From NCBI RefSeq assembly GCF_963921235.1, contig NC_086109.1, positions 8,930,001-8,994,000 on the forward strand: 64,000 bases of DNA. The letters run 5' to 3'. Positions 50,186 to 62,422 of this stretch are shown here, piece after piece. How positions within the stretch are numbered: position 1 is the stretch's first letter; the number at the start of each line of letters is the position of its first letter. Source of the stretch: Mobula hypostoma (lineage: Eukaryota). A program made the position numbers and the translations under genes. The notes under the pieces were generated by a model. That model was not told where the DNA came from. It was given only the letters and a program-made list of their open reading frames with translations, and searched no databases.

Positions 50186-53100
50186 ACGTTTAAAATTTCA
50201 GTGCTTCTGCACTAGGTCTATAAAAATAATAATTCTAATTGTTACAGGGATTATCAATTATATTTTGAACTTTGAACTTTTAAGACCAGCATTTATTGCC
50301 TATCTTTAATACCCACTGAGAAGATGCTCGGAGTGCTGAAGTATTGTTCAAGAGTGCATTTATTATAAAGAGAGAGTTAGTACCTGAATGCGAGAGCCTT
50401 CAAATCGAAACACGACCTTCTCTTCAGCCAACACCTACATGAACATTTTCAGTGAGTAGTAATCAGGCCAAGGCACCCAGATGGGATCTTCCATGGTGAC
50501 TGATTGCTCAAAATCTTTCCTCATTCTCAGCAGCATTCCAAGCGCTTTGATTACGACGATTATATTTTTTAAGGACCATTAAGCCTGAATTGTAACAAGC
50601 GAGTAATTTTGTTGCTGAAATATACGTCCAATAGAATGTACATATCTGTGCAGAAGACTGGTTCATTTACTGCTGATACCGAGTGTGATAAGATCAGTTT
50701 GTTCATGTTTATGCTACAAAGGCGCTGACACTCCACATTGAGCGATGCTTAGAATCTGTGCAAGACCTAAAGCTTTAGTCGTAGCAGCTACCTCTAAACT
50801 GTTCCTATCCGTGTAGCCGTCCAAATGACTTTTTTTTAAAAAAAGGTTCAAAGGTTCATTTATTATCAAAGTATGTCTGCAGTATACAACTCTGAGATTT
50901 GTCTTCTCCAGATAGCCATGAAGCAAAAAAACGCCATGGAAGTTGTTCAAATAACATCAAACCCCCTCCTCCCTCTGCACAGAAAAAAAACTAACAAATC
51001 GTGCCAATTGGCAACAAGAAAAAAGGCAACACCCCCCACGTGTGAAAAAAAATTGTGCAACGGCAGCAAGAGCATCAAACAAGTGCGAACTGCAAGAGCA
51101 TCAAATCCCAACCCCTGTGCAAAACAAAAATCTTGCAAATCACACCAAATTAAATCGCTGAAACGGCAACAAAGTGAACGGGTGAAGACACAGAGTATGA
51201 AAAGCATACAACCAAAGAGTCCAGTCCAATCCATCGATCACTGAACTTCGATAACCTCCTCCGACAGCCTGGAGGGAAAGAATGCAGAGAGAGAGTAGCA
51301 AGGAAGACAGACCGTCAGACACAGACATCTTTCGCCTGCTCTGTGCCTATCTTTTCTACCCTCCGGCTGTTGCCCCTTCTCCCCGATCCCTCCCAAGTAT
51401 TTATTTTTTAACCTCTTTTGAGTGTTGGTCTGTACCGGGGAATAGTATATGGATTCTGGAAGTCTTGCCGCCCTTAAGTAATCGATTCTTTTGGGAGCAT
51501 TATTTATCACGGGCATCTTGGTTTGCGTGGACAAAGAGGGATGAAGGGCCTGCTTCTATAGTAACAGAGAAGGTGCTTGAGGAATGCAGCAGGTTGAGCA
51601 TCTGTGGGGGGAGGGAGGGGCGGGTGAGGAATTGTCGATATTTTGGGTCAAAACTGCACATCAGACCTGACGCATGGTTTTCATTCAAAATATCGACAAT
51701 GCCTTTCCCTCCATAGATTCTGCTCGATCTGCTGAGTTCCTCCAGCACCTCGTTCGTTGCTTCAGATTCCAGCATCTGCACTTTCTTGTGCCTCTGGGCC
51801 TGTTTGTGCTGCAGTAGTCTATGACTCTTCTCTGACCAGGGCAGCTGAGCCCAGTTCTGCTGGGAATTGTCTACGTGTGGTTTGTAGTGGAGTACTATGG
51901 TGTCCTGATCCCTGCCTGAGCATTCTACTCGACCCCCCCGCCCCCCCAGTGTAACTGTTGAACCTGTAAGTCCTCTCCATCTCTGAATGCACTTCGATGA
52001 CCCCTGCTCTGATACCAGACTGGGCTGGCTTCCAGGAACGCTTTTGTTGCAAGCTGAACTGTTCGTAAGGCTTAGAAAGAAAGAAAGATTAGCTTTACTT
52101 GTCACGATTTTGTCACATTTACATCAAAACGTCAGAGCATACCGTGAATTGCATTGTTTGCATCAACGACCAACGTAGTGTGAGGATGTGCTGGGGGCAG
52201 CCTGCAAGTGTCTTCTGGTGCTAACGTATCATCCCCACAATTTACTAACCCTAACCGCATGCCTTTGGAATGTGGGAGGAAACTGCATCACCTGTAGGAA
52301 GGCTGCGCACCATGGGGGGAAACATACAAGCTCCTTACAGACAACCGTGGAATTGAACCTGGGTTGCTAGCGTTGTAAAAGCGTTATGCTAACTGCTATT
52401 CTATAGTGCAGCCATTGTATAATTCAGTATTAGTTTCACAAAGCTGTATCGTGCCTGTATGGAAGAGGGGATGCTTTTCCTCGTGCTTACCTTGTGCCTC
52501 ACAGTAATTGTAGAGGAGACCGCAGACCAATAGGTCAGAGGGGAGAGAGATGGAGAATTAAATTGGCAACAGTGGGAATTTCAAGGTTGCCCCTATAGAC
52601 TAAACTGAGTTACTTGCCAGGAGCTTTCTGCTTGTGGTTAAGAATCACTTGCATTGCTGTGGGTTTTGAGTAGATGTATTATAAGTTTTTACAGCATTGC
52701 AATAGTTTGATGGTTCTCATAACCAACCCTTTTATTGTTTGCACTCTCCGCTCATTGGGAGTCTGACGGTCTTTTTAATGGGTTATTTTGGGTTTCTTTT
52801 GCCTGTAAGGAGACGAATCTGAAGGTTGTATAATGTATACATACATTAATAATAAATGTACTTTGTATGTCTTTGGAATGTGGGAGGAAACTGGAGCACC
52901 CACCTAGAAGAAGCCCACACAGTCATGGGGTGAACATACAGATTCCTTATGGACAGCAGTGGGAATTGAACCCCAATCTTACAGCTAACACTGTGTCAAC
53001 ATTACGCTAACTGCCACACCGCTGTGCCGTTAAACATTTCCTTCAGCAACGAAAAATAGTTTTTGTCCTAATGGTTTGCAGTTTACTTAATATCGTCAGG

Positions 53101-56100
53101 AATCTGCTCTACTTGGGAGAGTATGGTCATGCTTTGCAAGTCGTATTTAAACATAGATTCCAGGAATTTTGCATCCAGGACCCGGATTCTGGTAACCAGG
53201 CTGTTTTATTCGTGCAATGAATTGTACCTCATGGGCCTTTGCTTAATTTGTGGTTTTGTGAGCGTTGCTGGGATAAGGCAGCTGGATTTAATAAATGCCC
53301 CAAACTGTGTTACTGATGACACACGCTCAGCACTTTAGGAGCAGCCTCTTCCCCTCCGTCGTCAGATTTCCGGAAGGCAATGAACACTACCTCGCTATTT
53401 TTGTTCTCTTTTGTTTTTAAATATATTTCTCACTATAATTTATAGTATATTTTACTGTGTTGCACTGCACTGCTGCCACAAAACGACAAATTTCACGACA
53501 TATGCAGTGATATTGAATTTAATTCTGATTCTGATGCAAACCATTTGGAATCTGAAATAAAGCCCGACAGAGCAGCTGTGGAGAGCCACTGGTATTGGCC
53601 CTCAGTTTGAAATGCCGGCTGTCCGGGACTACTTTGTGACAGCCTCAACTCAGCTGCAGCCTTCTCCCCTTCAGATGGGTTTGCAGCCTTTCTCTAAGTC
53701 CCCAGCACATTGTAACAACTAACAATCATTTTGTTCTCCTTTACCGTCGTCAGTAAACAATTTTGAATCTTGTATAGGCTGACTTGTTAGTGCACAACAG
53801 CAGGAGCGTTGTACAGTGACTAAAAGGCTTGTCTACTCCCTGTTTAAAGAGGATCAAGGGAGCCCTTGTGGGCAACATTTATCCATCAACTTAATGTCGC
53901 TGATTGTGCATTTCATGTTTGTGGATCCCGATGAAGGGTCCTGGCCCAAAATGGCGACTGTTTGTTCCTCTCCATAACTGTCGCCTGGTTCCTTCAGCAT
54001 CTTGTGTGTGCTGCTCATGTTTGTTGGACTTGGCGGTGTGCGGATTACGAACACTGCTTTCCTACGTTAGGCTGGTGAAGATCCCCTGGAGGTGAAGTCC
54101 TTTGGGACATCTCTGGTCCTGGAAAGCACAATGAGGCTCTGAGTTCTTTCTTACAAAGCTCAGGACTGACAGAAGCGGCGTCAGATCTATTCTGAAATAC
54201 GAGAAAGTCTGTAGCTGCTGGAAATCCAAAGCAGCACACACAAAATGCTAGGGAATCTCAGCAGGCCAGGCAGCATCTATGGAAAAGAGTAAACAGTCGA
54301 TGTTTTGTTCTTGAAGGTGGAGCGGTATCGTAGTGATTAGCACAAAGCTTTACAGTGCCTGTGATCAGCGTTCAGGGTTCAATTCCAGCTGTTGTCTCTG
54401 AAGAGTTTGTGCGTCCCCTCTGTGACCATGTGGGTTTCCTCCAGATGATCTGGTTTCCTCCGACATCCCATAGGTGTACGGGTTTGGGTTAGTCAGTCAT
54501 GGGTGATGTAAGAATGGCGATACTTGCAGGCTACCCCCAGGCTGTGTTGGTCGTTGACGCAAAGTGATGCATTTCACTGTCTGTTTTGATGTACACGTGA
54601 TAAGTAAAGCTGACGTTTGACGTGCACCCTCTCCGTGCCCAAGACTGACTGAACCATAAAGAGCAACAAAATTCCAACTCTATCCCCATTCATTGTTGTG
54701 TTCTGAGGCAAAGTTCCCACATTGGCTTCGAAGCTCTTGAATTCAGCTAGTTAAACACGGCAAGGTGTTTTTGCTGCAGACTGCTGTATCTACTATGAAT
54801 GTGTAGTTCCTGCCCATAGACACACAGTTCAGCAGTTCAACCTGCTACCTTTAATAAACCAATAATCCTGTCCGTAAGAACATGGGCACGAGGTTCTGGA
54901 GGGTGCTTGGAGCTCACCTGGGAAGGAGGTGCCTTTGAAGAGAGGTGAACAAAACTGCTGTATGATCGGTATAGAACATGGAACAGACACAGGGTTGTTC
55001 ACCCTGTGCTGAACCCCCAAACCACTCAGTCCATTTGACCTGTTTGGCATGGGTGACCCTATCAAGAGCCAAAGCACAAGGCCCTGGCTCCAGCCAAAAT
55101 AGTTCTCTGATCGACTTTGGAGTAGGTTAAAGAGTTGGCATAACATTGTGGGCCAAAGGGCCTGTGCTGTGCTGTACTGTTCTATGTTAGTTATACACAA
55201 AGTAATCTGAGAATGGGCATGGGAGTACTGAATGTTATGCACGTGACGTGTTACTGATTGGTGGCCTATTAGACGGTGCTCTAATTCAGGGTTGTCAGCT
55301 TTACTGAAGGACGTCGAGGGATCTCAGCATGGTGGTTAAGGAAATAGTGTAGAATAGCTCACCACAGGGTAATGAAGTTTGCATACTAAGAGAAAAATGC
55401 GTGTGAGCAAATGGGGAAAAGGGTGGAGCAATTGAAAAATCTGGAAATTTTTGGTTTGGATCAGGGATATTTTTAGAATTCCACTGACTTTGGCATTTGC
55501 ATGTGGTAAGCCCAGTTCTGAATCCCTTTGAACCAGATCAGGGGACTGGGCATTTTAAAACCTGGTTCTAGGTTTGTATCACTATAAAGATAAAATTGAA
55601 CAGTAATATGTTTACACTTTAGTGATAGAATACCACTCTTCTGAAGGTTTTAAAACACACACATTGATCTCGTATGATACTCTCTTCCTCAAATGTTTTT
55701 TCAACGTTAAAAGCCATTAGCATTCGAGAAGAGCACTGCCTTTGAGAGCATCGATGAATGTGAAGTGCAGTTTCTGAGAGCAATTATTCCAGAGAGTTAG
55801 CGTTAAGCTTTTCCATCGAGGGAGCTGTCATGATGCAAGTTTTTATTTCCCCCTTCCAAGAGCAGTTGTTTAATTCTATCCCTGCTTTTCCCGAATGGTT
55901 CCTGCGCTGGTTCGAGGAGTTGATTTTAAATTTAAGAGACTCAGACCGGGTGCTTATCATTGTGGTTTAGAAGTTCTGGGGTGGGAGGGGGGAGCCTGCA
56001 ACAAACGACGTGACTGTGATCCATGTTAATTCTGTTAAAAATCCCCCTCACACTTTCTCAATATGGCTCCTTTGTGTGTGTTGATCAAATCAGCCAATTG

Positions 56101-56864
56101 GAACCACCATTCATCTCTCTCTTGTCAGTGATCAGCGGCGGAGGGCAAACTGTGAATGCTTGAATTGAACAGCATTCCATCCCTAGCCTCTGCAGCCTCT
56201 TGATGAATGTGGCATTGGGAAGGGGGTACAGGAGCCTTAGGTCCCACACCATCAGTTTCAGGAACAGCTATTATTCTGCACTGGAGTGGATAACTTCACT
56301 CACCTCAATTCTGACGTGATTTCACAATCTATAGACTCACTTTTTAAAACTCAACAATCATGCTCTTAATATTTATTATTGATATTTTGTTTTTTTTGTA
56401 TATGCACAATTTACTGTCTTTTGCACATTGGTTTTCTGTCCGTCCTTGTGTGCAGTTTTTCATTGATTCTATTGTGTTTCTTTGTATTTACTGTGAATGC
56501 CCTCAAGAAGATAAATTTCGTGGTGGTATAGGGGGATATATATGTGCTTTGATAATAAATTTACTTTGACATTTGGTGAAGTTAAGGAGTCATGGGTGGT
56601 GGTGAGGGTTGATATTTTCAATAGGTTCAATAGGTACATTTAATGTCAGAGAAATGTATACAATATGCATCCTGAAATTCTTTTTCTGCGTTCTTTTGGG
56701 ATTTCTCACCTTCTCTGCACCTCAATCTGGAAGATTCTATGTATCTGCCCTTTTCTTGAACCTGCTCCTCACTCTTGTTCTTCTTAACTCATTTCCTAGC
56801 TAAAATGCTGCGATTGTTCTCCCTTGTTCCTCAGAAAGCCTCCCCTGGCCACTGCATCAATGTA

Positions 56865-57400
56865 CACTCAGTGGTTACTTTATTAGGTACCCTCCTGTGT
56901 ACCTCATTAAATGGCTACTGATTGCTGTAGCCCATTCACTTCAAGGTTTGACGTGTTGTGCATTCAGAGATGCTCTTCTGCACACCACTGTTGTAACGCG
57001 TGGTTATTTGAGTTACAGGCGCCTTCCTGTCAGCTTGAACTGGTCTGGTCATTCTCCGACCTCTCTCATTAATAAGGTGTTTTCACCCACAGAGCTGCCA
57101 CACACTAGATGTTTTGTCTGTATACTCTAAGAGACTGTTGTGCATGAAAATCCCAAGAGATCAGCAGTTTCTGAGATACTCAAACCACCCAGTCTGGCAC
57201 CAACGATCATTTCATGGTCAAAGTCATCTGGGTCACATTTCTTCCCCATTCTGATATTTGTCCAAACAGCAACTGAACCTAAAACTGAACAATATCTGCA
57301 TGCTCTTATGCATTTTGAGCTGCTGCCACATGATTGGCTGATTAGATATTTGCATTAATGAGCAGGTGTACAGGTGTACCTCATCAATTCGCCACTGAGG
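56865..57400 (-). mobile_element. Tc1-derived element (copy 3)
   Basis: TA-CACTCAGTGG ... CCACTGAGG-TA; body homologous to copies 1 and 2. Confidence 0.8.
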
Positions 57401-58163
57401 TATATTTAGAAATGTCTCTCTCCTGCTCCCACCGGGGATAATAGCGGACGTCAGTGCTCTGTGGCCCTCCCTGAAACGTACGGTTTGCTTTCGCTGCTCC
57501 CTTGAGCCTCGTTTGGATTGCACATTACACCGAGGGTTAACTTTACACTTAACATGCTTGCAAGGCAGATGAGGCATTGTAGATGCAGTGTGCATAACAC
57601 AACGCGGAGTGAACAAATAAACAAGGTGCTAACCCATGCATTAACAGAACATCCTGTTTTAGGTCCTTTTAAATTCTGTAATGCACATGATGCAGCATCA
57701 AAACCTGTGCCCTATAATTCCCGGTTGTAATCACTCGTACTGTAAATCACTGCATGTCACTGGGTTTTAGTGAAATATGCCAGTTTTTGTAACAGCTGAC
57801 CACTTAAGCAATTAAAGCGTGGAGCTAGCATATAATTTTTAAAAAATTGAACGCCTTTTTCTCATTTAGCCGTTTTGCAGTTGTGATGGTGATTTGCATT
57901 CAAGAATTTTACACCAGAGTTCACTCAAATGAATTTTGACAGCCATTTCGGAGGGCAGTGTTGCGGTATCTGCATATTGAATCGATCTTTCCCAGCGTGT
58001 ACGGATTACTCTCGGGATAGAAAGGAAAATATTAAATAGAATGCCGAAGATGCCAGTTTGATAGAAACGGCAATGTCTATATATCAATATTCCACTTTAG
58101 GATTCAAGGCTTTACTCCCTTAAGTATTCCATCTACAGGCAGGTTCATTCACTGAAAAAAATA

Positions 58164-58973
58164 CAGTGGATTTTGGTTAATTGGACCACGTGGGGACCAG
58201 TACATTTTGACTCAATTAAGTGACTGTCCCAATTAGCTGAAGTTTCTTGAAATAGTTAAAAAAAAGTATTAAAAACAAAGACAAATTACCATCAAACTGA
58301 GTAAAAAAATTATGTATGTAAGTGAAATGCAGTACAAACTAGAACACTGCGAATAGTACTACAGTACTATAACACTGTGTATTAGTTCCTAATAGTTATT
58401 GACAGAGAATTCATCCAGTATATGCTGCCGTGTTCTTTTGATTGACTGTAAATGAAGAAAATCAGCACAGACATCCAGTGCAGATAATGGACTGCCTTCA
58501 TACAATGCTTTCAATGATTGCATCCTCCAAATCTTCATTTTTATTGTAACATTCAAGATGACTGTCAATACCTTAAAATTCTTTGTAGTTGCTATCGTGT
58601 TGAAATAGTGAAATTATTGCATTTGCACTCCTGGCCATTTCTGGTATCTCCATACCGGAGTGTGCAAAACTGTTCTGAATTGTCTTACTGCTTATTACTG
58701 GCCACCTATCAGTGACAAAAATCGCTGCTTTTTGAACACAATTACACGCAAGTGACACTATTTTAAAAACTGTTTGCTCTAAGCATGCTGTAGTGTCAAA
58801 CGGCCACATGGCATGCTCGTGACTGACGCTAGTTAGAATCTGTTTGGCAACAGTCTCCTGTCCCAATTCAGCAGTATAATTCCCAAATAAATGAAGGGAA
58901 TCCCAGCTATTTTCTCAATTGGTTTTTGTTCCAAATAAGTGGCTGTCCCGATGAACCAGTGGCCCATTAACTG
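58164..58973 (-). mobile_element. Tigger/pogo-like element (copy 3)
   Basis: TA-CAGTGGATTTTGGTTAATTGG terminus; the minus-strand remnant VQKAAIFVTDRWPVISSKTIQNSFAHSG resembles the pogo/Tigger DDE_1 C-terminus. Confidence 0.75.
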
Positions 58974-59053
58974 TATTTTGGACTTGATAAATGTGAATTC
59001 AATTTCCAAAGTTCTTTGTACTAAAAGGTACCTTTTTTCCTTTCTCTTTCCAG

Positions 59054-59203
59054 AGTGTAAGATTGTCTGCCTATGATATGGTGTCCTGATGTGTTCTGAG
59101 CAACATATTGTGGAGGTACAGTGCTATAACAATTGCTTGCTGACATGGTATTTTCCCAGACATTTCCCAAACTGTTGTTGGAAAAAGACTTGAGAATGTC
59201 TAA
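59054..59203 (+). other. USP49: Probable internal 5'UTR exon (150 nt) of USP49
   Basis: Branch-like TACTAAA (~59019), a 20-nt pyrimidine tract and CAG acceptor (59031-59053), and donor TAA|gtaagt (59203/59204). Unique non-repeat sequence. Confidence 0.7.
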
Positions 59204-60344
59204 GTAAGTATTGCTACTTTCTAACTTCCTAGTTGTTTTCTTTAGTCGGGAGCCTGAGCATTAAATCTTCCTTTATTCTGTTTTACTGATGTTGTACAAC
59301 ATAAGCCAAGATACCATTACTAGGATTATGAATGTTTTACAGTTAATAACTAATAATTGTTTTTAAAAATGGTTTTGTTAATTGCAGTGTAGCTTCTGGG
59401 AAGATAGTTTTCAGCCTGGACTTTACTATGTTTTACTTTGTATAATACATAAAAACATTGAAGTGTGGCATTCAGACCCATATCCTGCTATTTGTAAGAT
59501 TAAGGTTAAAGATTAGCTTTATTTGTCATACATATATACATCAAAGCATGTAGTGAAACGTGTCATCGTTTTGCGATCTGGGCCAGCCCACAAGTGTCAC
59601 CACAGTTCCGGCTCCAACATAACGTGCCCTCAACTCAATAACCCTAACCCCTTACATCTTTGGATGGAAACTGGAGCACCTGGAGGAAGCCCACACTGTC
59701 ACAGGAAGAACACGCAAACTCATTGCAGGGTCAAACCCCCGTTTGGTGATCGCTGGCGCCGTAAAGCAATTGCATTAACCGTTAGGCTGCCCTGAACTCT
59801 CAATAAGATCTTTTACATTGGCACAAATTTTTGTATCCACTCCTTACACCTTGACTCCCTAATATCCAAAGATCTATCCATCCGAATTGTGAACCTAATT
59901 CCTAATTCCTTTTGTAAATTGAATCCCCTTTGCCTTTTGGCTGGAGAATTCTGATGATGCAATTTTTGATCTTTCTAGTTATAAAAATAGCAGATGTTGG
60001 AAATTCTCGGCAGGTCAGCCTGTCGCTGTCTGACCTCCAAGATGTTGCAACACTTTGTTTTCATTTCGTATTTTCAACAGCTGTAGGATTTTGTTTTTTC
60101 TTCCCTTTGATCTAGGACCCTGACCCTTGGTTTAGACGCCCAGTCAAGAGAAGCTTCATCCCCAGTTTCACCCTGTTGAGTTCCAAAGTGATTCTAAAGT
60201 GAGATCAACCCTCTTCACAGCTGTTGTGATCAAAGTAAATTTCTTATCAAAGTACCATCTACAACACTGAGATTAATTTTCTTGTGGGCATATTCAATAA
60301 ATCTATAGAATAATAACCATAACAGAATCAATGAAAGACTGCCC

Positions 60345-60519
60345 CACACACACAAAATGCCTGAGGAACTCAGCAGGCCAGGCAGCATCTATGGAAATGC
60401 GTACAGTCGACATTTTGGGCCAAGACCCTTCGGCAGGACTGCTGGGCCTGCTGAGTTCCTCCAGCATTTTGTGTGTGTTGCTCCAATTTTCAGCATCTGC
60501 AGATTTTCTCTTGTTTGTT
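60345..60519. mobile_element. Short PLE fold-back insertion
   Basis: Two inverted terminal-repeat arms; TSD AAAGACTGCCC / AAAGATTGCCC (60334-60344 / 60520-60530). Confidence 0.75.
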
Positions 60520-62422
60520 AAAGATTGCCCAACTAGATAATTGTCCCATCTGAGAAACCTTTGCTCCACGCCTCCGCAGAGAGACCAGACCATTCCCGGT
60601 ATAGTTTCGGTAGAGACTTCTGGAGTTATCAGAATCGTAATCAGATTTATTATCACTGACGTGAAGTTTGTTTTGCAGTACTGGTAAAGATTTAAAAGAT
60701 TAGCTTTATTTGTCACATCTGTGTTGGTACATACAGTAAAGTACATCCCTTGTGTCAGGAGTATGCTGGGGCAACGCACAAGTGTCACATGTTTGTGGCA
60801 ACAGCATAGCTTTCCCACCGCTTACTAACGCTAACTCTGTATCTTCGGAATGTCGGAGGAAACCAGAGCACGTGGGGGAAACCTATGTGGTCGTGGGGAG
60901 AATATACAAACTGCTAAGAGAGCGTTGGGAATTGAGCCCTAATCAGCAATCGCTGTAAAACCACTGTGCTAACCGCTATACCACCAGTCCAGTCCAGTGC
61001 TGTCCAGTCCAGCGATAATAAATTTGATTACGATTCTGATAACCACCAGTGCAGTGCAAGGCATAAAAATTAATATAAGCATTCAGAAATATGACGGTAC
61101 AGCAAAAAAGCTGTTCTTGAATCATTCAGAGTGGGTCTTCAGGCTCCTGTATCACCTCCTGGATGATAATGTGAAGAAGAGGGCATGCTGTGATCGTGTG
61201 GCTCCTCAGTGATGGATGCTGTCTTCTCGAGGCGCCAGCTTTCAAAGATATCTTAGACGGTGGGGAAGCTTGTCCCCATGATGGAGCTGGCTGAGGCCTG
61301 CTCTTGCGAGCCTGTGCATTGGAACCTTCGTACCAAGCAGTGATGTCACCAGTCAGAATGCTCTCTGCTGTACAAACCTTTAAGAATTATATTGATTTCT
61401 GATCTTTCTCTTTACTTCTGAAGTGTATCAAATCATCAGGGGCACAGGGTGAGTGCATACAGTCTTTCCCAGGGTTGGGGAATCAAGAACAAGAGGACGT
61501 AGGGTTAAGGCAAGGGAGGAGAGATGTACTAGGAACCTGAGAGGCGACTGGAGCATAGGAGAATGAGGAGTGATCTTGTAGAGTTAGCAGAGCAGACTGA
61601 TGGCCTGAATGGCCAGATCTTGCTCCTGTCTTAAGGTCTTCTCGTTACTACCATCAGGAAGGAGGAACAGAAGCCCGAAGTCCTTCATTCAACGATTCAG
61701 GAACAGCTTCTCTGACATAAGGTTTCTGAAAGGACAATGAACACTACCTCATTATTCTTTTTCTTTGCATGATTTATTATGTAACTTATAGTAATTTTAT
61801 GTTTTTGCACTCTGCTGCCTCCACAAAACAACAAATCCCACAGTTTATAAAACAATGACAGTGCCTTCTTCTCATTGCTGCCGTCAGGGAGGAGGTATAG
61901 GAGCTTGAAGACACACACTCAATGTTTTAGCAACAGTTTCTTCCCATCCACCACCAGATTTCTGAATGTACAATGTCCCTGAACACTACCTTGATATTTT
62001 CCCTCTCTTTTTGCAGTACTTACTTAAATTTAAATTTTTAATATATATTTCTTATTGTAATATATAGTTTTTTATCTATTGCACTATCCTGCTTCCGCAA
62101 AATAACAAATTCCACAATATGTCAGTGATATTAAACCTGGTATTAAATTCTCATTATCCCATGCTCCAGTTGCCTCTTGGGTTTCTATTAAATCTCTCCC
62201 CCTTGCCTTAACCTTGTTTCCTTTTGACTGTGATAATCCAACTGATTCTGTCTCTGAGCTTGGATGGGGCATCTTGGTCAGCGTGAATCAGTCGGGCTGA
62301 ATGGCCTGTTCCTGTTGTATGACCTTGGCTGAATTGTCTCTCTGCTCTCCCTCCCGCAGGTTAAAAAAGCGCAGCGTGTCGAGGTTGCTACAACCGGAAT
62401 ATTTCTGAGAGTTTTGAAAGCC

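Noticed and set aside
62414..62422. TTG start of the 486-aa ORF-track entry, and its tail [12 protein letters not shown] (63836-63874)
   Set aside because: The real start is the Kozak ATG at 62423; the tail is intron read-through past the gtaagt donor.
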